Origin: Candidatus Saccharimonadales bacterium
Lineage (GTDB): Bacteria > Chloroflexota > Dormibacteria > Aeolococcales > Aeolococcaceae
Length of the DNA stretch: 64,000 nucleotides
Direction: 5' to 3'
NCBI GenBank assembly: GCA_035532495.1
Contig: DATKQX010000082.1
Location: 4,399 to 68,398 of the forward strand
A program made the position numbers and the translations under genes. Positions 11,821 through 21,500 of the stretch are shown here, one piece after another. Every line of letters starts with the position of its first letter. The stretch's first letter is position 1. The notes below the pieces were generated by a model. The model was given only the letters and a program-made list of their open reading frames with translations. It was not told the origin of the DNA and ran no database searches.

Positions 11821-13422
11821 ATGGCAACCCTTCTCCGCACGGACCCACCGGTCGTTGCGCCGAATGCTTCCCGACGCAGCAACCGGATCGCGGCGTGGCT
11901 GTCGGAGCCCCGCCACGCGCTCCTGGGCGCCGTCCTGATCCTCGTCGCCGCAGTCGGGCTCGACGCGTTGAGCGATCCCGACGTCTGGTGGCACATCCGG
12001 CTCGGCGACTGGATCATCGCCCACCATCAGATCCCGGCCGGCGAACTGTTCGCCTACACCGCGTTCGGGAATCCACTGGTCGCACATGAGTGGCTGTCGG
12101 AGGCGGTCTTCGCCGCGCTGAGCGCGGTCGGCGGCCTGATGCTCGTGACCGTGCTGATGGGTGCTGTGGCGTGGAGCGGCATGGTCGCGACGCTGCTTCG
12201 CGGACGGATGCGCGGTGCCGGCCCCGTGGTGCTGGCGATCGGCCTCGTGGTCGGAGCTCGTGTCGCGGAGCCGGTGCTGGGGACGCGGCCGCAGGTCTTC
12301 ACCTTCGCGCTGGTCTGCTGGACGCTGTGGATCGCCGAGTCCTCCCTGCGTTCCGGTGGACGCCGGGTGTGGTTGTTGCCTCCGCTCTTCCTGCTCTGGG
12401 CGAATCTCCACGCCGGCTTCATCGCGGGCATCGGGTTCCTCGTCATCGTGCTCATCGCTGAGGTGATCAAGCGCCGCTGGTCACTCGGAACGGTCGCTCC
12501 ACGGCAGCGGATCCTCGGCCTTGCGGGGGCTGTCGGCCTCTCAATGCTCGCGGCGTGCGTGAATCCTTACGGACCGTCGCTTTTCGTGTTCGCCGCTTCG
12601 ACTGGGGCGACCGAGCGGGCGAAGGGCATCATCGAGTGGCAGTCACCAAACTTCGCGGATCCCGCGGAATGGGTGCTGCTCGCACTGCTGCTCACCTTCG
12701 TCGCGCTGACCGTTGCCACGTTCACGCGCCGATCGCGCCGGAGTCGATTCGAGCTTCGTGACTTCGCGCTTGCCGGCGCGGGCGCCGTACTGGCGCTCAC
12801 CTCCGTGCGCAACACCGCCCTGTGCATGGCCGTCATGGTCCCGCCGTGGATGGCGATGGCCGCCGACCTCGCGCGCTCGATCGATGCCAGGCGCATTGCA
12901 CGGAGCGCCGCCGTTCGCGCACGGCCGAAGGCCCCGGTCATGGGGGTTGCGCTGGTCGCGGCGGCCGTCGTCGCAGTCGGCGTTGTCGGCGCGCGTGTGT
13001 ACGCCACAGCGACTCCGCAGGGCATCGCCGCGTCCTATCCGTCGTGTGCGACTGCCGTGCTGGCGAAGAGCCCGACCGCGCAGCGCGTCTTCACCGCATA
13101 TGGGACCGGTGGGTTCGTCATCGACCAGCTCTGGCCGAGAGCGTCGGTATACGAGTATGGGGAATCGATCTCGCTTGGGACCGGGGTCTTCGATGACTAC
13201 GTGCGCATCGCCTCCGACGCGAGGACGGGCCCGACGGCGCTCCAGTTGCTCGCAGCCGGTGACACGACGGCTGTGCTGTATACCCGGGGTCCGCTCACCG
13301 CCGAACTCGATCAGACCCCCGGATGGGCATTGGTGGCCGATGACAACGGGATGCTCCTGTACGTGCGTGGCGATGCGAGTTGGGCGACGCCCAACGCGTG
13401 CCCGCCTCAACCGAACGACTGA
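11821..13422 (+). CDS. polytopic membrane protein (GT-C-like glycosyltransferase fold suspected)
   Basis: ATG 11821 (MATLLRTDPP...). About 12 hydrophobic segments followed by a roughly 130-aa soluble C-terminal region. The function call is weak. Confidence 0.6.
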   Translation: MATLLRTDPPVVAPNASRRSNRIAAWLSEPRHALLGAVLILVAAVGLDALSDPDVWWHIRLGDWIIAHHQIPAGELFAYTAFGNPLVAHEWLSEAVFAALSAVGGLMLVTVLMGAVAWSGMVATLLRGRMRGAGPVVLAIGLVVGARVAEPVLGTRPQVFTFALVCWTLWIAESSLRSGGRRVWLLPPLFLLWANLHAGFIAGIGFLVIVLIAEVIKRRWSLGTVAPRQRILGLAGAVGLSMLAACVNPYGPSLFVFAASTGATERAKGIIEWQSPNFADPAEWVLLALLLTFVALTVATFTRRSRRSRFELRDFALAGAGAVLALTSVRNTALCMAVMVPPWMAMAADLARSIDARRIARSAAVRARPKAPVMGVALVAAAVVAVGVVGARVYATATPQGIAASYPSCATAVLAKSPTAQRVFTAYGTGGFVIDQLWPRASVYEYGESISLGTGVFDDYVRIASDARTGPTALQLLAAGDTTAVLYTRGPLTAELDQTPGWALVADDNGMLLYVRGDASWATPNACPPQPND

Positions 13423-13456
13423 CCGAGCGCGGCACGGCAGGAGTACTTTCAGGCCG

Positions 13457-14059
13457 ATGCGACTGATCGGCCTCACCGGGGGCATCGCAACAGGGAAGAG
13501 CAGCGTCGACACGATGCTTGCGGCCCGCGGCGCCACGGTGATCGACGCTGACGCGCTTGCCCGCGAGGCCGTGCTCCCGGGCGAGCCGACGCTCGAGCGC
13601 GTCGTCCAGCGCTTCGGGGCCGGCGTCCTCCTGCCGGACGGGACCCTCGATCGAAGCCGGCTCGGAGCCATCGTCTTCGCCGACACAGACGCCCGTCGCG
13701 ACCTCGAGCGCATCACGCATCCACGCATCATCGAGTTGAGCCAGCAGCGCATCGCAGCAGGGCTGGCGAGTGACACACCGCTCGTCGCGGTTGACATCCC
13801 GCTGCTGTACGAGGGCGATCGCGAATCGACGTTCGCCGGCGTGCTGGTCGTCTACGCGCCGCGGGAGGTCCAGATCCGGCGGCTGCGCGAGCGGAACGGG
13901 CTCGACGAAGCTGCGGCGCAACAACGACTCGACGCGCAGTTGCCAATCGATGAGAAACGGCGCCGCGCCACATGGGTCATCGACAACAGCGGCGACCTCG
14001 ATGCCACCGAGCGCCAGGTTGATGCGTGGTGGGCGGCCGTCGTCAGCCCGGCCTCGTAG
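13457..14059 (+). CDS. coaE: dephospho-CoA kinase
   Basis: MRLIGLTGGIATGKSS P-loop at the N-terminus and ITHPRI further on. 200 aa from ATG 13457. Confidence 0.9.
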   Translation: MRLIGLTGGIATGKSSVDTMLAARGATVIDADALAREAVLPGEPTLERVVQRFGAGVLLPDGTLDRSRLGAIVFADTDARRDLERITHPRIIELSQQRIAAGLASDTPLVAVDIPLLYEGDRESTFAGVLVVYAPREVQIRRLRERNGLDEAAAQQRLDAQLPIDEKRRRATWVIDNSGDLDATERQVDAWWAAVVSPAS

Positions 14060-14687
14060 GCGAGTGACGCGGCGCGAGGCCCTCGAGGAGGACCTCGAGC
14101 AGCTGTCCCTCGTCGCGCGCGAAGGCCGAGGGATCGTTGCGCCGCAACGTCCCCATGACATAGCCGGTCAGCACCATCTCGGCGGCGCCGAAGACGACGT
14201 AGCTGGCCACCTGGGGATCGATGTGGCGCGAGATCTCGCCACGTGCGCGCGCCTTGCGGATCATCCCCTCGATCGCGTCGAAGGCCGCCATGACGGTGCC
14301 GATGTCGTGCGACTCGAGAAATTCATAGGAGCGAGTCACCTCGTTGATCATCACGGTCATCAGGTCTGGCTCACGGCGGTACACCTCCACCCAGAAATGC
14401 ACGAGCCTGCGCATCTGCTCTCGGAACCCGAGCTCCATGTCGCCCACCTCGTGCAGGTAACCGACGTACTCGGCCCAGCGCTCGGTGAAGATGGCGGCGA
14501 GGATGTCGTCCTTGTTGTGAAAGTAGTGGTAGACAAGGCCGTACGCGATCCCGGCGCGCTCCGCGATGTCGGCCACCTTCGCGCCGTGGAATCCCGACCG
14601 CGCGAAGACCTCGGTTGCAGCGGCGATGATCCGCTCACGGGTCTGTGCGCTGCGAGCCGTCCGCGGTACGCGGGCGGGCTGACTCAA
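14043..14687 (-). CDS. TetR/AcrR-family transcriptional regulator
   Basis: HTH region RERIIAAATEVFARSGFHGAKVADIAERAGIAYGLVYHYF. The TTG start overlaps the stop of the upstream CoA-transferase (TTGA). Confidence 0.8.
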   Translation of the reverse strand: MSQPARVPRTARSAQTRERIIAAATEVFARSGFHGAKVADIAERAGIAYGLVYHYFHNKDDILAAIFTERWAEYVGYLHEVGDMELGFREQMRRLVHFWVEVYRREPDLMTVMINEVTRSYEFLESHDIGTVMAAFDAIEGMIRKARARGEISRHIDPQVASYVVFGAAEMVLTGYVMGTLRRNDPSAFARDEGQLLEVLLEGLAPRHSPTRPG

Positions 14688-15853
14688 CGGATCACCTTGG
14701 CCGCGCGCATCGACGCGAGTGCGGCCGCGTCGTAGCCGGCCTCGATCAACACCTCGTCGGTGTGCTCGCCGTAGCCGGGCGCACCCCGGCGGAAGGACGC
14801 CGGTGAGCCCGTCAGGCGGATGGGAAACCCGGTCTGCGCAGTGGGCCTCCCGGCACCGGCGTCGAGTCGCATCTCGCGGCTTCGCACCTGCGGATGTTCG
14901 AACGTCTCGTCCAGGGCAAGCACCGGCTCGACGCAGACGTCCAGCCCGTCGAACGCCTCGCGCCACTCCGCGCGCGTCCTGCCCATCAGCACCGCCTGGA
15001 CTGCGGCGATCGCGCTCTCGCCTTCTGCTCCCTCTGCGAAGCCGCGATCGGCCACCTCGGGGACACCGATCGCGTGCACGAACGCGTGCCAGAACTTCGG
15101 CTCGAGGGTGCCGACGGACAGGAAGCCGTCGGCGCAGGCGTAGATCCGGTAGCAGGGATAACGACCGGTGAGCATCCCGTTGCCGGGCTCTGGCGCCACT
15201 CCCGTTGCGAAAAGTTGCGATGCATGGACGCTCGCCCAGCTGATCAAGCCGTCGACCATCGAGATGTCGCAGTGCTGGCCCTCGCCAGTGCGGGCTGCGT
15301 GGTGCAGTGCCACCATGATCGCGAGCGCCGCGTGGAGCGCGCCACCACCGAGGTCGCCCACCTGCAGCCCCGGCATCGCGGGCGCGGCATCGACCGTGCC
15401 TCCGAGGAGCAGCACACCGGCGACAGCCGCATAGTTGAGGTCGTGGCCGGCATGGTCGCGATATGGTCCGTCCTGTCCGTAACCGCTGATGCTGCAGAGG
15501 ACCACGCGCGAGCTGCGCTCATGGAGCGCGTCGTAGCCGATCCCGAGACGGTCCATGACGCCGGGCCGGAAGCTCTCGACCACCACGTCGGCGCCGTCCA
15601 CCAGGCGGAGAAACACCTCATGCCCCAAGGGGTTCTTGAGATCGATGGCGAGCGACCGCTTGTTGCGGTTCACGGGATGGAACATTGCCGAGTACTCGCC
15701 GACCACCGGCGCCATCCAGCGCATGTAATCGCCACCCGTGGTGTCCTCGACCTTGATGACGTCGGCGCCGAAGTCCGCCAGCAGCATCGTGCAGAACGGT
15801 CCCGGCAACAACCTCGTGAGGTCGAGGACTCGCACGTCGTCGAGTGCCGGCAT
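14684..15853 (-). CDS. family III CoA-transferase (CaiB/BaiF, alpha-methylacyl-CoA racemase-like)
   Basis: LDDVRVLDLTRLLPGPFCTMLLADFGADVIKVE and ESFRPGVMDRLG motifs. ATG 15853 is preferred. Confidence 0.85.
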   Translation of the reverse strand: MPALDDVRVLDLTRLLPGPFCTMLLADFGADVIKVEDTTGGDYMRWMAPVVGEYSAMFHPVNRNKRSLAIDLKNPLGHEVFLRLVDGADVVVESFRPGVMDRLGIGYDALHERSSRVVLCSISGYGQDGPYRDHAGHDLNYAAVAGVLLLGGTVDAAPAMPGLQVGDLGGGALHAALAIMVALHHAARTGEGQHCDISMVDGLISWASVHASQLFATGVAPEPGNGMLTGRYPCYRIYACADGFLSVGTLEPKFWHAFVHAIGVPEVADRGFAEGAEGESAIAAVQAVLMGRTRAEWREAFDGLDVCVEPVLALDETFEHPQVRSREMRLDAGAGRPTAQTGFPIRLTGSPASFRRGAPGYGEHTDEVLIEAGYDAAALASMRAAKVIR

Positions 15854-15966
15854 GGTCGCGCGAGTGTAGCAATCGTTCGACTCGCCACTTGACCGCAACC
15901 CCTGTGCTAGATTCGATCGCAGGTTGACGTGATGAGCACGATGATCGTCCCGTTCCGTGAGGCTCG

Positions 15967-16497
15967 GTGATGGACGAGCTGGTCATCAAGGTGCCCGCGC
16001 CGTTCAGCGGCATCGATGACCTTGGTTTCTCCGCGCGGTATCCGGCGCAGGACCGCAGTGAGCCGCTCCGCGACATTCCACTCTTCGTCGAAGGACCCCC
16101 CCGGCCGATGCAGCTCCTCATTGAGCGCCTGGCGCTCTTCGCCGACAAGGACAGCATCATCGGCACCATGGCGGACGACGACCAGTACTCATGGACCGCA
16201 CCGGTGCAGCTCACCGACGAGGTGTGCGTCCTCGCATTTCGCGACCGGAGCATCCGCGGGACAGATGCGTTGCTCGAGCCCGCCGAGGCGGCACAGGCAG
16301 TCCGCGGCTACATCTGGAACCTGGTCAGGCCCATGGCCTTCACATTCCTGCGCGACTGCGTTCGCATCGGCGGACTGCGCCTGTCCGAGCAGATCGCGGT
16401 GGTGATCGATACCGGGCATCCGCCCTCGGTCGATATTGAGCTGCAGCGCTCGGCGATCACGCCCGAGAACGGCAGCCGGCTCCTCTTCGCGCTCTGA
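15967..16497 (+). CDS. hypothetical protein
   Basis: 176-aa ORF with good GC3. No motif recognised. Confidence 0.5.
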   Translation: MMDELVIKVPAPFSGIDDLGFSARYPAQDRSEPLRDIPLFVEGPPRPMQLLIERLALFADKDSIIGTMADDDQYSWTAPVQLTDEVCVLAFRDRSIRGTDALLEPAEAAQAVRGYIWNLVRPMAFTFLRDCVRIGGLRLSEQIAVVIDTGHPPSVDIELQRSAITPENGSRLLFAL

Positions 16498-16521
16498 TTT
16501 CCGAGCGGCTGACTTCGGCAG

Positions 16522-16983
16522 CTACCGAGGGGCGGGCGTCGGTGTCGGTGTCGCAGTCGGCAGCGGCGTCGAGTTCGGCGGCACCGTCGGGGTCGGGGTC
16601 GGTGTCGGTGCGATCGTCGGAGATGGTGTCGCCCCGACTGCAGTCGGTGTCGGTGTCGGGCTCGGCGTCGCGGTGGGCGGCAACGGCGGCGTCGGGCAGT
16701 TGGCGAGCGCCGGGTTGAACGCCGTCGGACTCGGCGTGACGGTCGGCACTGCAGTCGCGGTTGGCGACGGCGTCGGCGCGCCGCTTTTGGTCGGTGCCGG
16801 GGTCGCGGTGGGCACCGGGGTCGGGGTGACGACATACGGGGTGTAGGTGGGGCAGGGCAGCGGCGTGCCCGTCGGCGAGCCGTGCGCCGCGGAAACGCCG
16901 AGGGAGATCGCCACCGCGATGGCGCCGATCAGGATGGTCACCACGAAGGTGATCGCCCCCCACTCCCTCCGAAAGACACTCAT
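16522..16983 (-). CDS. membrane-anchored Pro/Thr-rich low-complexity protein
   Basis: One N-terminal TM helix ([21 protein letters not shown]) followed by about 110 aa of (P/T/A) repeats. Its ATG overlaps the galU stop (ATGA, 16980-16983). Confidence 0.65.
   Translation of the reverse strand: MSVFRREWGAITFVVTILIGAIAVAISLGVSAAHGSPTGTPLPCPTYTPYVVTPTPVPTATPAPTKSGAPTPSPTATAVPTVTPSPTAFNPALANCPTPPLPPTATPSPTPTPTAVGATPSPTIAPTPTPTPTVPPNSTPLPTATPTPTPAPR
16538..16659. repeat. cryptic simple repeat (GTCGGT)n inside the Pro/Thr-rich ORF
   Basis: The 16-mer GTCGGTGTCGGTGTCG occurs at 16538 and 16643, with a near copy around 16596. It encodes (PT)n on the minus strand. Confidence 0.7.
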
Positions 16984-17843
16984 GCGCCGACCATTCCCTG
17001 ACTCTGCGCCACCGCGGCGCTGAACTCCGGATATTGCTTCGCCAGGCGCAGATTCGTCGCCAGCCAGCCGGCGGGAGTGCCGACGTCGAGCAGCTCGCCC
17101 TCGAACTCCACGCCCCAGACCTCGCCCGAGCCGAGGAGCTTGCCGATCGCGTCCGTCAGCTGGATCTCGCCGAGGGCACCGGGCTGGGTATCGCGGATCG
17201 CCGGGAAGATCGCAGGGGTCAGCACATACCGGCCCATGACGGCGAGATCGCTCCTGGCCTCGCCTGGGCGCGGCTTCTCCACAAGACCCACCACACGGTG
17301 GAGCTTGCCACGTGACTCACCGATCTCGGCGCATCCGTATCTGGAGATCTGGTCGCCGGGAACGCGCATCAATGCGAGGATCGAGGTGCCGAGCTGCTCG
17401 TGGGCTGTCCAGAGCTGGCGGAGCAGCGGCGGATCGGCCACCGACAGGTCATCGGGCAGCATGCAGAGGAAGGTGCGGTCCCCGACAGCGTCAGCAGCAC
17501 AGAGCACGGCGTCGCCCAGCCCGCGCGGTGCCGTCTGGCGCGCGACGGTGACCTTGCAGAGATTGCCTGCCTTGCGCACCGCCGCGAGCTCCGCCAGCTT
17601 GCCGCGCTCCTCCAGGAGTCGCTCGAGCGGAAGGTCGGGACGCAGGTGCGCGGCGAGCGCCTCCTTGCCCTCGGCGAGCACGAGAACGATCTCGTCAGCG
17701 CCCGAGGCGACCGCTTCCTCGACAGCCCACTGGATCACCGGGCGATCGAGAACGGGGAGCAGCTCTTTGGGCAGCTCCTTGGTGGCGGGAAGAAAGCGCG
17801 TTCCCAGGCCTGCGGCCGGAATCACGCATGGTCGGGAGTCCAC
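16980..17843 (-). CDS. galU: UTP--glucose-1-phosphate uridylyltransferase
   Basis: [26 protein letters not shown]-terminal signature. 287 aa, GTG start. Confidence 0.9.
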   Translation of the reverse strand: MDSRPCVIPAAGLGTRFLPATKELPKELLPVLDRPVIQWAVEEAVASGADEIVLVLAEGKEALAAHLRPDLPLERLLEERGKLAELAAVRKAGNLCKVTVARQTAPRGLGDAVLCAADAVGDRTFLCMLPDDLSVADPPLLRQLWTAHEQLGTSILALMRVPGDQISRYGCAEIGESRGKLHRVVGLVEKPRPGEARSDLAVMGRYVLTPAIFPAIRDTQPGALGEIQLTDAIGKLLGSGEVWGVEFEGELLDVGTPAGWLATNLRLAKQYPEFSAAVAQSQGMVGA

Positions 17844-17899
17844 GGCGGCGAATTGTCGCCGGTCGGGACGGAGACGCGCTCCCCGCTACCCTTGCGCGG

Positions 17900-19786
17900 A
17901 TGCCTGACACGAGAACGTTGCTCATCCGGGCGGTGCGCGAGGCGCTCGACGTCGCCGGCGTGGAAGCCGGCTTCGAGGTCGTCCTTGAGCGTTCGGCCCG
18001 CCCGGAGTTCGGCGACTGGTCGACCCCGGCGGCACTGGGGCTCGCCCGGGTGCTCCGCCGGGCGCCTGCGGTGATCGCCGCTGACCTCTGCGACCACCTG
18101 AACGAGGCGCAGGTCCCGCTCGTGCGCGTCTGGGAGGTGACCCCGCCGGGGTACGTCAATGCCCGCCTCGCCGACGCGACGTGGGCCGGTGCGGTGCTTG
18201 CCACCGCGCGTGACCTGGAGGAGACAGGTGGGCTGGACCTCCCCACTGAGGCAGCGGCCGCATCGGGCAAGACGCTTGTAGAGCACACCGCGACGAACCC
18301 GAACAAGGCCGCACACATCGGCCACCTCCGCAACGCGTGCATCGGTGACACGGTCGCCCGCGTGCTCCGACGGACCGGCCACGCCGTCGAGATCAACAAC
18401 TACATCGACGACACCGGCGTCCAGGTCGCCGACGTCGTCGTCGGCGTTCGCGAGCTCGGCTTCGAGCAACTGCCCGGTGAGCCGTTCGATCAGTACTGCT
18501 CGCGCGTCTACGTGGAGGTGTCAGGCCGTTATGAGACCGATCCCGCGCTGCTGGAGCGCCGCCGCGCGATCCTCCACGACGTCGAGCAGGGTGGCAATGA
18601 GACGGCGGTATTTGTGAAGGACATCGCCCGGCGCATCGTCAACGCGCACCTCGCGACGATGCGCCGCTTCGACATCGCGTATGACCTCTTGACCTGGGAG
18701 TCGGACATCATCGCGCTGGGCTTCTGGCGTCAGGCCTTCGAGCTGCTGCGTGAGTCCGGCGCGATCGTCCTCGCCGAGTCCGGGAAGCTCGCCGGCTGCT
18801 GGGTGATGCCCGCAGAGGGCGACGACGAGGAAAGTGACGACGACACCAAGGTTCTGGTCAAGTCCGACGGTATCGCGACATACACCGCGAAGGATATCGC
18901 TTACCAGCTCTGGAAATTCGGCCTGCTCGGGCGGGACTTCAACTACCGTTCCTGGGAGGGCGGCGGCTCGCTGATGAGCACCACGACCGAGCCCGAGCCC
19001 GGAGCGCCCGCAGCGCATTTCGGGCATGCGCGACGCGTCATCAATGTGATCGATGCGCGCCAGGCGTACCCGCAGCGTGTCGTGCAACGCGCGCTGCGCC
19101 GGCTGCATCACGAGCGCGAAGCCGATGACTCGATCCACCTCAGCTATGAGGTTGTTGCGTTGACTCCCGCGGCGGCGGCTGAGCTCGGCGTTGCGATCGA
19201 GGAGGGTCACGGCAGCGTCGCGCTCAGCGGCCGGCGCGGCATAGAGGTGCGCGCCGACGATCTCCTCGACCGTGCGATCGCACGCCTCAGCGCGAATGCG
19301 CGTGACCCCGAGAGCGCGCAGCTGGTCGCCGCGGGTGCGGTGCGCTACTACCTCCTCAAGTTCTCGCTGAATCAGATCATCGCCTTTGATTTCGATGAGG
19401 CCCTGCGGGTCACGGGCGATACCGGGGTGTATCTCCAGTACGCGCACGCGCGCGCCGCCGGGATCCTCCGCAAGGTCGACGCCGGCGCAGAGGCGGCCAC
19501 GGCTCCCGAGGCGCTGCATCCAGCAGAACGCGAGCTCCTGCACGCGATCGAGGCGTACCCCCGAGCGCTGACTGAGACTGCACTCGCCCTCTCCCCGTCG
19601 ATCCTGACCACCTACGCATTCGGTCTCGCATCGGCGTTCAGCGACTTCTACGAGCACACCCCGGCGATGGTGCGCGAGGAGGACCCGACGGTCCGTGGAT
19701 TCCGCCGCGCGCTGGTCGCCGCAACTCGGGCGACCCTCGCCGACGCGCTGCACTCGCTCGGCATGGCCGCCCCGGACCAGGTCTGA
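17900..19786 (+). CDS. argS: arginine--tRNA ligase
   Basis: HTATNPNKAAHIGHLRN (HIGH region) with the usual ArgS add-on and anticodon-binding organisation. ATG 17900 (MPDTRTLL...). Confidence 0.85.
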   Translation: MPDTRTLLIRAVREALDVAGVEAGFEVVLERSARPEFGDWSTPAALGLARVLRRAPAVIAADLCDHLNEAQVPLVRVWEVTPPGYVNARLADATWAGAVLATARDLEETGGLDLPTEAAAASGKTLVEHTATNPNKAAHIGHLRNACIGDTVARVLRRTGHAVEINNYIDDTGVQVADVVVGVRELGFEQLPGEPFDQYCSRVYVEVSGRYETDPALLERRRAILHDVEQGGNETAVFVKDIARRIVNAHLATMRRFDIAYDLLTWESDIIALGFWRQAFELLRESGAIVLAESGKLAGCWVMPAEGDDEESDDDTKVLVKSDGIATYTAKDIAYQLWKFGLLGRDFNYRSWEGGGSLMSTTTEPEPGAPAAHFGHARRVINVIDARQAYPQRVVQRALRRLHHEREADDSIHLSYEVVALTPAAAAELGVAIEEGHGSVALSGRRGIEVRADDLLDRAIARLSANARDPESAQLVAAGAVRYYLLKFSLNQIIAFDFDEALRVTGDTGVYLQYAHARAAGILRKVDAGAEAATAPEALHPAERELLHAIEAYPRALTETALALSPSILTTYAFGLASAFSDFYEHTPAMVREEDPTVRGFRRALVAATRATLADALHSLGMAAPDQV

Positions 19787-19828
19787 CCAAGGGTCGGCGA
19801 AGGCGCTGGTATGATCCGGAGCCTCCAG

Positions 19829-19905
19829 GCCCCGTTCGTCTAGAGGCCCAGGACACCGCCCTCTCAAGGCGGAGACCATCGGTTCGAATCCGATACGGGG
19901 TACCA
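19829..19905 (+). tRNA. tRNA-Glu (anticodon CTC), CCA encoded
   Basis: Hand-folded cloverleaf. Acceptor stem GCCCCGT/ACGGGGT, D-stem GTCT/GGAC, anticodon stem CCGCC/GGCGG with loop CTCTCAA, T-arm ATCGG-TTCGAAT-CCGAT, discriminator A plus CCA. Confidence 0.9.
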
Positions 19906-19949
19906 CTGGGCCGCGGACCGGGGGCGGATCGAGCCCCGCTCCACAGTTG

Positions 19950-20711
19950 CTACGAGATCTTGCGGCGGTACATCACCATCGCCATGGCGTACGCGACGAC
20001 GAGGATGCCGACACACCACGCAAGCGCGATCCAGATATCGGCGCCAATCTGCTGCTGCGTGTACAGGTCGCGAATCGTGTTGACGATGGACGTCACGGGC
20101 TGGTGCTCAGCGAACGCACGCACCGGGCCGGGCATGCTGCCGGTGGGGACGAATGCCGAGCTGATGAACGGCAGGAAGATGAGTGGGTAGGAGAACGCGC
20201 TCGCGCCGTCCACGGATTTCGCGGACAGACCGGGGATCACGGCGAGCCACGTCAACGCCAGGGTGAAGAGAATCAGGATGCCGGCGACCGCGAGCCATGC
20301 CGCCACCCCCGCCCCCGAGCGGAAGCCGATCAGCAGGGCGACGAGCACCACGACCACAAGCGAAATCAGATTGGCGACCAGTGATGTCAGCACGTGCGCC
20401 CAGAGCACGGACGACCGTGCGATCGGCATGGACTGGAATCGCTCGAAGATGCCGCTCTGCATATCCAGGAAGAGCCGGAATGCGGTGTACGAGATGCCCG
20501 AGGCAACAGTGATCAGCAGGATGCCGGGCAGCAGGTAGCTCACATACGAATGCGACCCTGTCTTGATCGCGCCGCCGAACACGTAGACGAACAGCAGCAT
20601 GAAGGCGATCGGCATGATCGTCGTGGTGATGATGGTGTCGACGCTGCGCGTGATGTGGCGCAGGGATCGTCCCGTCAGGAAGGCGGTGTCGCCGAAGAAA
20701 TGCTTGGTCAT
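19950..20711 (-). CDS. ABC-2-type exporter permease (DrrB-like)
   Basis: 253 aa with six helices. It lies directly downstream of the ABC ATPase gene. Confidence 0.8.
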   Translation of the reverse strand: MTKHFFGDTAFLTGRSLRHITRSVDTIITTTIMPIAFMLLFVYVFGGAIKTGSHSYVSYLLPGILLITVASGISYTAFRLFLDMQSGIFERFQSMPIARSSVLWAHVLTSLVANLISLVVVVLVALLIGFRSGAGVAAWLAVAGILILFTLALTWLAVIPGLSAKSVDGASAFSYPLIFLPFISSAFVPTGSMPGPVRAFAEHQPVTSIVNTIRDLYTQQQIGADIWIALAWCVGILVVAYAMAMVMYRRKIS

Positions 20712-20720
20712 CGTTCTTCC

Positions 20721-21500
20721 TCACTCACCCTTGCCGTCGTGACCGACGATGGCGAGGAAGACGTCCTCGAGTGTCGGCTGCTTCTCGACGTACTCGACCT
20801 TGGCAGGCGGGATCAGCTGTTTCAGCTCGAGCAGGGTGCCGTTCACGATGATCCGACCCTCGTTGAGGATCGCGATCCGGTCGGCGAGCTGTTCAGCCTC
20901 ATCCAGATAGTGCGTCGTGAGCAGAACCGTCGTGCCGTGCTCGGCGAGTTCCTTGACGGCCTGCCACACCTCGATGCGCGCCTCGGGGTCGAGCCCCGTC
21001 GTCGGCTCGTCGAGGAAGATGACGCGCGGATGAGCGACGAGGCTCATCGCGATGTCGAGGCGCCGGCGCATCCCACCCGAATATGTCGACACCCTCCGCA
21101 CGCCAGCCTCTGTCAGCGAGAAACGATCGAGCAGGCCATCCGCGATCGCTCCCGGGTCCTTGAGGTGCCGCAGATGAGCGACCAGCACGAGGTTCTCCCG
21201 CCCGCTGAGGATCTCGTCCACGGCGGCGAACTGTCCGGTGAGGCTGATGGACTCCCGCACGTCCGCAGCCTCCGTTGCGACATCGAAGCCGTTGACACTG
21301 GCGCTCCCCGCGTCGGCTTTCAGCAGCGTGGACAGGATTTTCACGACTGTGGTTTTGCCTGCTCCGTTCGAGCCGAGCAAGGCGAAGATGCTGCCCCGCG
21401 CCACGTCGAAGTCCACGCCGCGCAACGCCTCCACCTTCTTGTACGACTTCGTCAGACCGTGCACCTGGATCGAGGGCCCCTGGACCTGGTTCGGGGCCAT
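20721..21500 (-). CDS. ABC transporter ATP-binding protein (DrrA-like)
   Basis: Walker A GSNGAGKTT, signature YSGGMRRRL, Walker B VIFLDEPTTGLD. Confidence 0.9.
   Translation of the reverse strand: MAPNQVQGPSIQVHGLTKSYKKVEALRGVDFDVARGSIFALLGSNGAGKTTVVKILSTLLKADAGSASVNGFDVATEAADVRESISLTGQFAAVDEILSGRENLVLVAHLRHLKDPGAIADGLLDRFSLTEAGVRRVSTYSGGMRRRLDIAMSLVAHPRVIFLDEPTTGLDPEARIEVWQAVKELAEHGTTVLLTTHYLDEAEQLADRIAILNEGRIIVNGTLLELKQLIPPAKVEYVEKQPTLEDVFLAIVGHDGKGE

Noticed and set aside
16538-16850. Repetitive GTCGG-rich DNA considered as a possible CRISPR array or non-coding tandem repeat.
   Set aside because: There is no repeat-spacer periodicity. The repeats are 6-nt units encoding Pro-Thr within a continuous ORF coupled to galU.
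19787-19949. tRNA-Glu as an integration hotspot or island border.
   Set aside because: There is no integrase, excisionase or phage gene on either side. I saw no direct repeat of the tRNA 3' end by eye. The neighbouring genes (argS, ABC exporter) look native. Only a weak GGGGC-N7-GCCCC hairpin follows the tRNA.
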